Of a stretch of DNA of 64,000 nucleotides, positions 51,901 through 64,000 are shown in pieces. The notes beneath the pieces are model-generated. The model did not search any database. It had not been told where the DNA came from and saw only the letters and a list, made by a program, of their open reading frames with translations. The translations under genes and the position numbers were made by a program. The stretch lies in the NCBI GenBank assembly GCA_964247055.1, contig OZ176056.1, forward strand, positions 868,001 to 932,000. Direction: 5' to 3'. The DNA is from Paragordius varius (taxonomy: Eukaryota; Animalia; Nematomorpha). Every line of letters starts with the position of its first letter. Positions within the stretch are counted from its first letter, which is position 1.

Positions 51901-54900
51901 AACCCGATCGAAAAATCGCGGTTTATTCTATGTAATTATCTTGATTGTTAAACGATTCCACAATCTTAGATTTTTTTGCTATCTAAAATTTTAAAGACTT
52001 TATTTTTTTATAAAATTCTTTATTTTTAATATATTTTTTAAATTTTAAATATTTCAAACTTATTTTGAGTCATAACCCGATCGAAAAATCGCGATTTATT
52101 CTATGTATTTCTTTTCTTGCTTGTTAAACAATTCCACATATTTGATTTTTTTAAAATTTTAAAATTTTTTTATAGATTATTTTTTATTTCTAAAACTTTT
52201 AATATACTTTTAAACTTTTTTTCCGTTCAAAGGTTTGCCATAAAAATCCGAGCGAAAAATCGCGGTTTATTCGATGCGCATTTATCATTTGAATTCCACA
52301 TCATAGATATTTCTAACATCTAAAACTTTTATTATACCATTTACAATTCAAATTCCCCCCTAGAACAATTCAAATTCACCCTAAAAATTAATTATGTGTT
52401 TTCAAACTATTATAACTCCTTTTTAATATGAAATATATCCCTAAGGTATAGTTTATTATTTTTTCAATATAATTTTAAGCTAAAACATAATTTTATTTTT
52501 AAAAATATAAAAAAATATAGGTAAATTAAAATTTTAAAAAACATATAATTTATTTGAGGGTGAATTGGAATTGGTTAAAGGTGAATTGGAATTGTTCAAT
52601 GGTGAATTGGAATTGTTTAAGAGTGAATTTGAATTGTTTAAAAGGGAATTTGAATTAATTGTAAATGGTATACTTTTTTAAGAAATTTTCAATCTTTTTT
52701 TTTATTCATTTGAAAAAAACTTTTTTTTATATACTTTTTAAACTTTTTTTCTGTTCAAAGGTTTGCCATAAGAATGCGAGCGAGAAATCACGATTTATTC
52801 GTTGCATTTACCATTTGCTTAACAGTTCAACGTCAAATGCAGTTAGGTATGAGGCTGCTGGAACTCTAATTTCTATAAGCTCTGCGCCCACGGCTATAAA
52901 GGTTAGTTTTTTACGATTTTTTTTGCTTTTTTAGTTTTTTATTTTATTATTAATGTTTTTTTATAACTCACATGTGTGTGTCTTTAATGAGAAAAAAAAA
53001 TTAATACTATCCTTTTAACAATAAAGCATAAATGAAATTTATTTTAAATTGCGGAATGATATCTAGTTGTGTCTTGTTCCCCCGCACGGCTGTATACCCT
53101 TAAAAGTTTTAATGAAGTTGTTTTTTTTTACCTAAATTTATAATTAAATATCTTTTTTAATTATCTTTTTTTGACCGTTCCAAGTTTTAATATGATATAG
53201 TTTTTTGTGGTTCCCATGCCAAACTTTCCTAAAATTTAATTTATAATAATAATAATAATAATAATGTTTTATCCAAATTATTTTTGACTACTAATTTTTA
53301 TCCATATCTCTATTTTTTTTCCTGGATATTATAAATTTTAAAATAAAACTTTGAAACTGAAATATATTTTTTTGAATGCCAACATTTACATTAATTCATT
53401 TTTTAGTTGTATTATTTGATAATCTCATAACTTTGGTTGGTTTTCTTGGGTTTGAGGTTCAATCAACATCTTTTATTTTCTTCTCTTACTAACACCTTAT
53501 CATATTACAGTAAAAATTGAAATTATGCGGATACAAAATGTGATAAATATAAAGACAACCAGATTTTAATATACCTTAATTTTTTTCCTATAAAATTTTA
53601 TAAATTACAATCGTAAAATACATATAATTGATTCTGTTACCAATAAAGACATCTTTTTAATATACCATCCAGTTTAAAACTATAAAATATAACTAAAAAT
53701 TATCAAGATTGTTTGTCTTTTAGATGACCAAAACTAGTTGTCTCTCTATATTTTTACCTTTTGTCCTCCAATATAATTTCAATTTTTCCTGTATTTAAAC
53801 CTTCCTCTACATTATCTGCTAATCTCTGATTGTTGTTTAATTATTCTCCCTCCTATCCTTTGGCTTTCTGTTTTTCATGATTATTTCTGTTAAAATCATT
53901 GCAATATCTAATTAATTCCACTTGAAATTATTCTTGACATGTTTCAATTATACGACTCTCACGTTACGTTAGAGATGTAATTTCTTGTTAAATCCTGCTT
54001 AAACATCTGGAATTCCTCTCTGGCTATGACTTGATGAAAATCAAAGTTATGAGTTTATCAAAAAAACAAATTTAATATAACTATAGAGACTCGATACCCC
54101 AGTAAAAGTAGTAAATGAAAAGATATTAAACGCCGCCTAGAATTATGGAAGTCAGCTGTAAACAAGTTGACCAAATTATAGAAATGTAAAATTTTTTTTT
54201 ATGAAAACTAAAAAGAAATTAATGAAATGCATGGTTTTTCTCGTAGTGCGACTTATGCTGCCGAAAGTTTGGTGACACTAAAACTGAATGATAATAAAGG
54301 CAGGGATTGCAGCATTTGAAATATGTGTAATGTTGAGAGCATATTAGATGGTTTGACAAGGTTAAGAATAATGAAACAATAAGAGGAATATAAAATTAAA
54401 TACTGAGAGTAACTTAATTATAGAGCTATTATAAAAAGAAAAAGTTTACGTACATTGGGCGCATTTTAAGAAATAGATAGATCTCTTGTGAAGGATTTGA
54501 TTTTTAGAAAAGTTGAAGAGGTAAAGGATAAAATAAAACTAGTCATTTTAATTTTCAAGGGTTCGAACTCGATCTAAGGAATTACCTACCTACCCTACCC
54601 ATCGATATTTTACTTATATAGCTTTAAAACTTTTTTATCCATTAATGGAGATCATCCCAAATACAATCATATAGATTTTGAGCGCGCATTATTATTGAAT
54701 AATATTTTTTAAATTTTTATAATTAATTATTGTTTTTCCTTAAATTTTAAATAAAAATAATTTTTATATTTTTTTTAAAATATTTTTTCTAAACACATGT
54801 TTTTTCGTATTCCAGGCTGCTACCGCTTGTTACATTGATTTGATTGTCAAAGAAAGCGATAATAACGTTAAATTGATTGTGTTGGGTAAATTGTTGGCTT

Positions 54901-55860
54901 TGAAAGATGAAAACCCCAACAATGAACGCGTTTTACAGGTTTTTTTACTACAATAAAAAGATGGCATTTATTTAACTAAATTAATATAAGTAATAAAATT
55001 AAGTTTTTTATTGCAAGAGATTTATAATCTTATTTTTTATATAAATTTATTAAAATTCCGATAATTTGGATATAATTGAAATAAAATAATTTAAATTTAT
55101 ATTTTCTTTTTTAAAATTTAAAAGGCATAATGCTACTTTTCTCTAAAAATAATTTTTTAATTATATTTTATGTCAAAATAAGTTTCGAAATATATTAAAT
55201 AATTATTATATATAAATTAATTAATATCAATTTTTTATTTATTTTAAAAAGTACAAAATTAAATATTATTTTTTGTAATTTTATCATTATTAAAAAAACC
55301 AATTTTGTCTTTTGAAAAAAAAAGATTTGTTTTTATATTTTTACGTTTTGTCCGTAAAATTTTATTTTTTTTCTGTAGTTTGTGAAAATAAAATAATTTA
55401 TTTTTAAAGTGTCTAATTAAATTTTGAAACATTGTTAATTATTATAAATTTTTACTTTTTCTTTAAATATCTAGATAATCAAGATGCTAGATCTTTAACC
55501 TCAAAAATCATTTAAAAATAAATTAAAATATAAAACTTGAATTTATTATATTTTTTTACAAATTTTTTCAAATTTGCCATAAAATTTTTAAGCATTTTAT
55601 ATTAATTACAGTAATTTAATAATATTTTTTAAATAAATGACAACCAAATTTTAAAACACTTTAATGTTTTCCAATATAAATTATTTAATTACAATTGTAT
55701 TAATATAATTGATTGTGTGTTAGTAATACACTATTGTTAATTATAAAAGTTAAAACATTGAATTAAATCTAAAAAAATCAAATTTAATAAAACTCAGCTG
55801 TCTTTTGAAAAATCACATTTGAAAATATTTGTGTTGATATTTTTACTTTTTTTTCTATAT

Positions 55861-55916
<56 letters not shown>

Positions 55917-58900
55917 ATATGTTGATGGATATTTTGAGATTACTGAATTCCAACGATTTAGAAGTCAAAGGAAAAACTCTGGCCTTGGCATTAGAATTAG
56001 TTTCAGGGAGAAATGTTCAAGATGTAATTTAGTTTTTCTTATTTAATTTTTTAGTAAATTTTTTTATTTAATTAATTTTATTTGAAAATGTTTTTTAACA
56101 ATATATATATATAAATATATATTATTATATAACTGTGTTTAAAATTTTTTTAACTAATTTGTTATAAAATTTTTATATAAACATTAAAGTTTAATTTTTA
56201 AAAGTCCATTTGTTTTACCTTAAATTAAATAGTGTTTAAAATAATATTTTTAATGATTATTTTTAGTTTTTTATATACAGCACACTTTAATTTCAATTAT
56301 ATTTAAACTATTTCTAATATTTAAAGTTGGTTTCAGTCTTAAAGAAAGAAATTACTAAAATCCGTAACATTAGTGATCAAGAAACTCAAGAGGTTGGAAA
56401 ATCTACCCCTTCAGAATACAGGTAAAAATTTATTTTTTTTTATTTTAAAATTTTTGGTTTTTTTTTTGAATTTAATAAATTATATATTTTGATGATGAAA
56501 GGCTACTGTATATATTTAAATAATTTTGAACAATTTTTGTTGTGAACTATGTTTTAATTATCTCAAAAAGTTTGTTTTAATTTTTTTATATTTTCCATGT
56601 TTGAATAATGTTTTTAATTTTAATTAAAAATCTTATTTATGAGTCTAAATTTTATCATAAAAAAGGATTTTAAAATAATTTTGAATATTTCCACCCATAA
56701 TTTAATTACAAATTAATTTAAAATTCTTATTCAAATTTTACCATTAAGAATGATGTGGTTTCTTGAAAATATTTTTTATTTTTTTTTTTTAAATTAATTT
56801 ATTATTTTGAAGAATTTTAAACATTTTAACTAAAAACAATTGCATTTTTCATCCGTATGTAAAAATTTTTTTTCAAAAAAAAAACTTTTATTTCGTGTTT
56901 AATATTGCGCGCGCCATGTTAAAATAATTTTTTTTTAAATTACATAATAAATATATATATATATATATTTTAATAAATTGAAATTTAAAACTAAACAAAA
57001 CAAAAATAATAATGGTTTTATTTAAAAAAAATTACTTAATAAACCTATTTTAATAAATTGAAAATTTTTTAAACGAAAATAAAAAATAGTTTATCTACAA
57101 TGGAGGAAACGCATCGTTACAAGAAAATGTTAATTACCACTTTACGATCCTGCTTATTTCCAAAACATCCTGAAATTTTGATTCAAATTTTACCGGTTTT
57201 GGTTGATGCCTTCCTATCAGACACTTATAATGGTTTCTTTTTAAGAGATTTTAAAATCAACTTTTTGAGTAAATATATAATAATATAAAATTGAATTAAA
57301 ATGATTATTTTAAGAATTTTTATTAAAGGTATTCGCTGATTTGGAATAGCTTTTGTAATACTAAAAACTAATAAAACTGTTTTGAAACCATTTATTTTGT
57401 GCAAAAAGGATTTTTATCTGTACATATACCATTGAACAATTCAAATTCACCCTTGTAAAAATAAATTATGGATTTTTGGGCAGCTAATATAACTCATAAT
57501 ATTTATGTATTTATTATTGTCTCAGTTTTATATTTTAAATGAAATTTCGTTTTTTAAAAATATAAAAAATTAGAGCTAATTTTTTTAAAAAACATATAAA
57601 ATTTTTTAAGGGTGATTCGAATTGTTTGAGGGTGAATTTGAAGTATAGATAATATAATAAAATTTTATGATTTTTTGACCTTTTAAGTAAAATATATAAT
57701 ATAAAATTAAAAGTAATATAATAATATATTAAAGATTTGCTTGTTCAGATTGAATCCATATCTATTTTCATAGAATTAAATCAAAAATATTTCATTTTAT
57801 ATATATGTTATCTGAAATTTGTTTTGTTACCGTATTTTTAATTATAATTACGGTTTTAAACGGTAGTTTAAAAAAATTAATTTTTATATAGACGTTATTT
57901 TTACACAAATTGTATATATGAAGAATACTTAAATTGTAATAATTAATTAATTAATTTTAAATAAAATAAAATAATTTGTATTATCTTTTGAACAGTATAT
58001 TTGCCTTTTTCTGCTATTTATCATATATGATAGGGATTTTTACTTATATTCAACAAAACATCGATGCAATTTTAATTTTAAACTTTATAAAGCGATCAAT
58101 TTTTTAACTTCAACCTGTTTTTTCAAAATTCTTTTAAATAAGCATATATTTTAATTTGCGTTTGTAATAAATAAACGGTAAAATCAGAAAAAATCTCACC
58201 TATAAACTAAAGTTTATTTTTTTATATATGTATGTATTTATAAGGCTTGTGCGAATTATTAATTATTAGAAAAGAAATTAGTTTTTTCCAAAAAAAAACG
58301 ATTATTTCTTAAAATATCTTTGAAACTTTTAATTTTATTTTTTTGGTTTTAGTTAATGTGACAGAATCACCAGGAGCCCTTGTGCTTTCATTAGTTAGAG
58401 AGTCTGTTCAACTTTTTCCACAGGTGAGTAATTTATTAAAAATTTTGAATTTTTTATTAATTATCATAAAATATTAAATTTTATATTATAATTTAATACT
58501 TAAAAATAAATAAATTGTTAAAATTTCAGAATTTTATTGACTTTTTTGATCATATAATGTTGGATTATATTATTATTATTAAAGTGTTCCTCTAAAACAA
58601 CCTTATTTTATTAAAAATTTAACCTTAAGTTTACACAGTTTTGAATATGATATATTTTGAAAAAAAAGTAAAATAAAATTAAATAACGACTTAAAAAGTA
58701 TTTGTATGTTAAAAATAAATGTTGAGATTCATTTTATTAATAAAAGTTTAAGTATCATTGGGTTAATGTTAAATTCTGGAAAAGTTTAATTTTAATTGGA
58801 AAAAGTCTCCATTTTGAATAACAAAGTATTTGATTGAAAAACAAGAATTTGATTGAAAAATTTTGAATTTGATTAGAATTATCCTAAGTTCCATTTTCTT

Positions 58901-61900
58901 TAGAATATAAAAATTATTAAAAAAATCCTTGGGGTAATTTGAAAAAAAAATGGATTAAATATTAAAAAATTGAATTTTATTTTTACATATAATAAAAATG
59001 TTTTGTTTTTTTTAAAATGAAAAAAAAATTATGTTTGAATTTATAATAAATAATTTTTATTGTTGTTTTACAGATGATTCAAGTTTTAAGACCGAAATTA
59101 ATTGAAATTTTACCTACGCTAAAATGTTCCTATTTGTTTCGTGGAATGGCTTGGATTCTATCAGAATATATTGAGGACGGTACTAATATTAATGATAAAT
59201 CAAAAACCAAGTTAAAGGACACGATATGTGACACTTTTCAACTCTTTCAAAAGTGTTTGGGAAAGGTATGTTTATATTTTATTTACAAATCAAATTCACC
59301 CTTAAACAATTTAAATTTACCACCCTTGATCAATTCAAATTTACCCTAAAATTATTCTAATTTACCTTTGAACAATTCAAATTTACCCTTAAACAATTTA
59401 AATTTACCACCCTTGATCAATTCAAATTCCCCCTTGAACAATTCAAATTCACCCTTGAACAATTCAAATTTACCCTTAAACAATTCAAATATACCCTAAA
59501 ACAAATTATGTGTTTTTAAGATTAATAATTAACAATATTTTTGATATTTTCTTAAAAAAAATGAATTTTTGTTTAAATTATAAGCATACTGGGAATAAAC
59601 CAAGCCTATTTCATATAAATGATGAGTTTACTTGTCTGAAAACATATAACTAACTCCCTTTTAGGGTAAATTTGAATTGTTAAAGGGTGAATTTGAATTG
59701 TAAATGGTATTTTAAGAATTAATCTAAGATAAGTTTTAATAAATTACATATTAGATATATTTTAATTTTTCAAAATTTTTTTTTATAAATTATTAATTTT
59801 ATTAAAAATATACATATACCTATTTATATATTAATTTGGTGGTGTGTAATAATAAATATTTTAAAATGTATGGTAAAAAATTTACGTTAAATTATATAAT
59901 TTTTTTTTAAAAAATTACATCAAATAAGAACAGTATATATGTTTTCTTTTGGTTTAATGCAAAAATCTATAAATTCTTATTTTGATTTTAAACGAAAATA
60001 TATATATATAAATATATATATAATTATGTTTTAATGAGGTATAGTTTTGAAGTGATTAATTGGTTTTCTATAACCAATTAGTTACTTAGTTTATGAGTTT
60101 GAGTTTTGTTAAAATTTTCGATATAAATCATGATGATATTTGTATAAAAAATTATCAATTGGAAAAACTAAAATTAAGCGGACAAAACATAAAAATATAA
60201 AGACAAAATATTTTACCAAAAGACAACCATACTTAAATCTAGATTTGTTTAAATGGCAAAGTATGAAAAAGAGATATATATTACTACCACAATTAATTCT
60301 ATATTTTACAATTGTAACTAAATAGCTTATATGAGAAAAAAAATAAGGTTTTAAAAAGTATGGTAGTCTTTTAAAAATATTATCTTTAATTTTTGTCCGT
60401 ATAATTTCAGTTTTTACTGTAATTGGTAAAGAAAGGATAATTGTTGAAAATATTTAAATAATTTAATTTACTATACATATATATACTTTAGATTTCATTA
60501 AACGAGAACGAGAACAATACAAATAATTTAGAAGAAAGCGATGAACAGACAAATCAACAATCAAAGTCTGAAAAAAGCGCAATTCTGACTAGTTCTGCGA
60601 AACCTATTATAACACCGGATGGAACATATGCTACTCAAAGTGCTTATAATATAAATTCTTCGGGGGCAAATACCGCACATTTGATGGATAGGAATTTGTT
60701 GAATTCCAACGAGTAATTAACATTAGAAATTTTATAAAGAAATTTTAAAATAAGTTTGAAAGAATATAATTTTTGAAATTATACATGAATAAAAGAGTTA
60801 ATAAAGTGAATTTGTAAAGTTCAAAAAAAATTAATTTAAATTACAAAATAATTAAATTTGTTGAATTCGAGCGAGTAATTAACATTAGAAATTTTATAAA
60901 GAAGTTTTGATATTTTTTAGATATAAAGAGTAAAATTTTGAAATTATATATGAATAAAAGAGTTAATTAATAATGTAATCTAACCAAGACTATATCGGTT
61001 TATATATATTATATATGTCAATTTTTAAGTTAGGATTTAAATATAAGTTTGCAAAAAATAGAGAGGAGTATATTAAATAAATATTTTAATATCCATGAAA
61101 ATTATGGGGTAAATTAATTCAATCATTTTTGCATTTTATTTTTGTTTTTTTTTGTTTACTCAATTTGTAAATTTTATTCCGAACACACCCATATGTTAAA
61201 AGCAATTGAAAAATAGTTGTCCAGTTTATTCGACCATATAAATTAAAATATTTTTACGGTAAATGTTGTATTCTTTTGTTTAATTTGACTTTAAATTTAT
61301 AAAAGCTGGGCGGAAAACGCCATCTTTATATTTAATTTTTTAAAAAAGTGTATTCATTAATCAGGTTTTTGAAACTTTCGTTATTTTAAATACCTTACTC
61401 CAGATATTTCTTATTAATACAAGTTTAATATAGGTATTATAAATACTACAGTAAAAAAACTGAAAGTATACGGACAAAATGTAAAAATATAGAGACAAAT
61501 ATTTTTTTAAAAGACAACCATACTTTTTAAATCGAGATTTATATCAATAAAACTCATTGTTGTTTTAAATGGCAAAGTGTGAAATAGAGATATATAATAA
61601 TACTAACACAATCAATTCTATATTTTACAATTGTAACTAAATAATAACTTATATTGGAAACTTTAAGGTTTTAAAAAGTATGGTTTTTTTAGAAATTTTC
61701 CTCTATATATATATGTTATAAAAAATTTATATATACCATTTTGATTTATAAATTATAATATTTTTTTCGCTATTCAGAAATCCGGTTCTTAAACGATTCC
61801 TCTTGAATGGAGATTTTTTCGTAGGCTCCAGCATAAGTAACGATGTTACAAAATTGGCTTTGAGATATTTAATACTTCCTATCCATGTGGCTAACTCCAA

Positions 61901-63498
61901 AGAAAAAAATGTATATATTTATATATTTGTAAATAATTTTTTTTTTATATTTTTACAGTAAAAGTTGATTAAATAAGTATATTTACAGTAAGGATTAAAG
62001 TTTTCAATCAATTGTAAATGTTTAAAAAAATTCATTTTTTATAGTAAAATATTAATTGGTAGTATAATAATAATAAAATTTTTCCCATTTAAAGTATTTT
62101 TAAAATTGAAAATTTTAAATTAATTTTATAGCGATAATTATTGCAAATTTTTCATAGTAAATTATTTAAATTATTAAAATTAAACAACTTAACAAAACCC
62201 CAAAGAAAAAAATTTATTAAAATAACATATAATTTTTTTCAAGATTTTTATTAAAGACTATCAATGTTTTATGAATAATTAATTTTTTGAGTCTAAATTT
62301 TTATATATATTTTAATAAAATATGAATTTAACATGCCCCTAATTACAATTATTTTATTTTTTTTATTTATATAATTGATGATATTTTTAAATCCTAAAAA
62401 TTAAACGTTTATAATATTAAAAATAAGAAAAATAATTATTGAAAAATTATCAAAAAAATATGATTTATACATGGTTATTTAAGGTTTTTATTAAATTAAA
62501 GAATATTATTTTTAATATATTTTAATTTTTAAATCCATTATAGACATTTGTCGCCAAAGTTATGTTGTTTCAAACCTCTATGATTAGATTGGGAAAATCG
62601 TCAATGCCTAAAAAAGTAGTTTTAATATTTTGTTTTTTAATATTAGATTCAAATTTTTTTATTAACGCTATTTTTGGTAATGTTAAAATAATTTTTTAAA
62701 CAGATTAATAATATATACCATTTACAGTTTAAATTCACCCTAAAAATAAATTAGGTGTGTTTTCGAACTAATATAACTCACTCATTATTAATATGAAATA
62801 TATCTTTATGGCATAGTTTTTATTATTTTTTCAGTATTATTTTAAGTTAAAACAAAATTTCTTTTTTCAAAAATATAAAAAAATATAGGTAATTTTTAAC
62901 TTTAAAAAACACATAATTCATTTTAAGGTAAATTTGTGTTCGAGATTGAATTTGAATTGTTTAAGGGTATAAATGGTATACATATGGTTAAAAAAAATTA
63001 ATTTCGAATAAAGCCGTTTAAAAATTGCTTTAAATTAAGCTCATATTTTTATAAATAAATGTCTCTTATATTAAAGAATATAAACTGCCCTGATTTGAAA
63101 TTTACTTAAATAAATTGCACTTTTATCCATTGTAATCTTAAGTTTAATAATATAATTTATTCAAACAAATTATGTTTTTTTTAATTTTTTCCATAATTGT
63201 AACAATTTTTTTTATTTTTTATAGTTAAAAAATTAATTTTTTTAATTTTTTTTAATTAAAAAATTTATTTTCTTGCATATAGCCTATTACATTGGATGAT
63301 AGTGATCGTATTATGTTATGTATTCGCGTTTTGGCTCAATGTTCAATAACTTTGAAACAAAGTAACGATTTGGGAAATTCTCTGAAATTAGTTGAAGCTT
63401 TTCTAGAAAATTCGAGGCAAGCCACACAAATTATTGTACAAAATCAATTGGATAGTTCCTCGGGAAAGAATATACTATCTACCAAAACTGATATTGGG
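48924..63498 (+). CDS. COPB1: Coatomer subunit beta (beta-COP), continues beyond the window
   Basis: Exons 48924-49014, 49043-49275, 49689-49858, 50294-50408, 51206-51298, 52761-52901, 54816-54938, 55916-56023, 56327-56421, 57090-57232, 58353-58423, 59074-59265, 60492-60712, 61778-61910, 62544-62615, 63283-63498; all phases consistent. Motifs [89 protein letters not shown]. Confidence 0.97.
49015..49042 (+). other. 28-nt GT-AG intron (COPB1 intron 1)
   Basis: GTATAATTTGGCAATTTACATTGTTAAG; removal restores [18 protein letters not shown] (human KNDLEKGDVKSKTEALKK). Confidence 0.88.
51711..52310 (+). repeat. Tandem array (about 170-180 bp unit, 4 decayed copies) of the COPB1 intron5/exon6 junction
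   Basis: Copies start at about 51711, 51889, 52068 and 52233, each resembling ...AAG-GTTTGCCATAA.AAT.CGAGCGA.AAATC.CG.TTTATTC of exon 6 (52761). Confidence 0.85.
53990..54530 (+). mobile_element. Degraded RTE LINE 3' fragment in COPB1 intron 6
   Basis: Fragments [50 protein letters not shown] resemble RTE C-terminal motifs; many indels. Confidence 0.6.
55863..55913. repeat. (TA)n microsatellite directly abutting the COPB1 exon 8 acceptor
   Basis: About 25 TA units ending ...TATATAG-GAT at 55915/55916. Confidence 0.95.
60693..60975 (+). repeat. Tandem duplication (about 162 bp unit) spanning the COPB1 exon 13 donor
   Basis: AATTTGTTGAATTC..CGA-GTAATTAACATTAGAAATTTTATAAAGAA occurs at 60693 and again at 60855. 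Confidence 0.85.
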
Positions 63499-64000
63499 GT
63501 ACCTAATTTTTGGATTTTAAATTATAAAATTAGGGGGTTGAAATTGAAAAGTAGAGTAAAAATTGAAATTATACTACAATGGACAAAACGTAAAAATATA
63601 AAGACAATAAATATTTTTTTTTCTTAAAGACAACCATACTTTTTTAAAATATAACTCATTGTTTTAAAAATAACTCATGTTTTAAACTGCAAAGTATGAA
63701 ATTGATATGTATATTGGTAAAACAATCAATTTTTTATTTTTACAATCGTACTTATATAATTTATAGGAGAAAAATTATGGGTTGAAAAAGTTTGGTTGTT
63801 GAAAAAAAAGTATTTGGCTTTATATATTTACGTTTTGTCCATAGTATAATTTTTACTGTAATAAAAAATGAGTTTTAGTAAATATATATGGGAAAAATTA
63901 AAATTATACAACTATTAAAACCAAATTTATTACATTTCATTAGGTATATAGATAGTAAAATTGAAAAGCAAGAATTTAAAGCGACCTAATATAAAACTTA

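Noticed and set aside
55819-56046. 75-aa ORF with IYIYIY run
   Set aside because: Read-through of a (TA)n microsatellite into COPB1 exon 8 in the wrong frame.

Overview
Very AT-rich eukaryotic (invertebrate animal) genomic DNA. The AKH/ACP-type neuropeptide suggests a protostome; the species cannot be determined from sequence alone. Seven spliced protein-coding genes were reconstructed by hand, with exon phases checked: a 5'-truncated hyaluronidase (+), a greatly expanded ZIP zinc transporter (+), inositol-3-phosphate synthase (-), an AKH/corazonin-related (ACP-like) neuropeptide precursor (+), an RRM/RS/Gly-Met-Asn low-complexity RNA-binding protein (-), mitochondrial ribosomal protein L23 (-) and a 3'-truncated coatomer beta subunit (+). 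Intergenic DNA and long introns hold a nearly intact RTE-clade LINE, remnants of RTE, mariner and possibly Penelope elements, and at least six MITE families (TA-, TTAA- and 8-bp-TSD types). The most striking signal is six ultra-short GT-AG introns of 23, 25, 27, 27, 28 and 32 nt in three conserved genes; five of them are required to restore the reading frame. All six lie within about 410 nt of a start codon, in a genome whose other introns are about 67-1900 nt and often MITE-filled. Also notable: only 68 nt separate the divergent mRpL23 and COPB1 start codons, and COPB1 intron 5 holds a tandem array of decayed acceptor-plus-exon copies whose best-preserved copy differs from the live exon mostly at synonymous sites.
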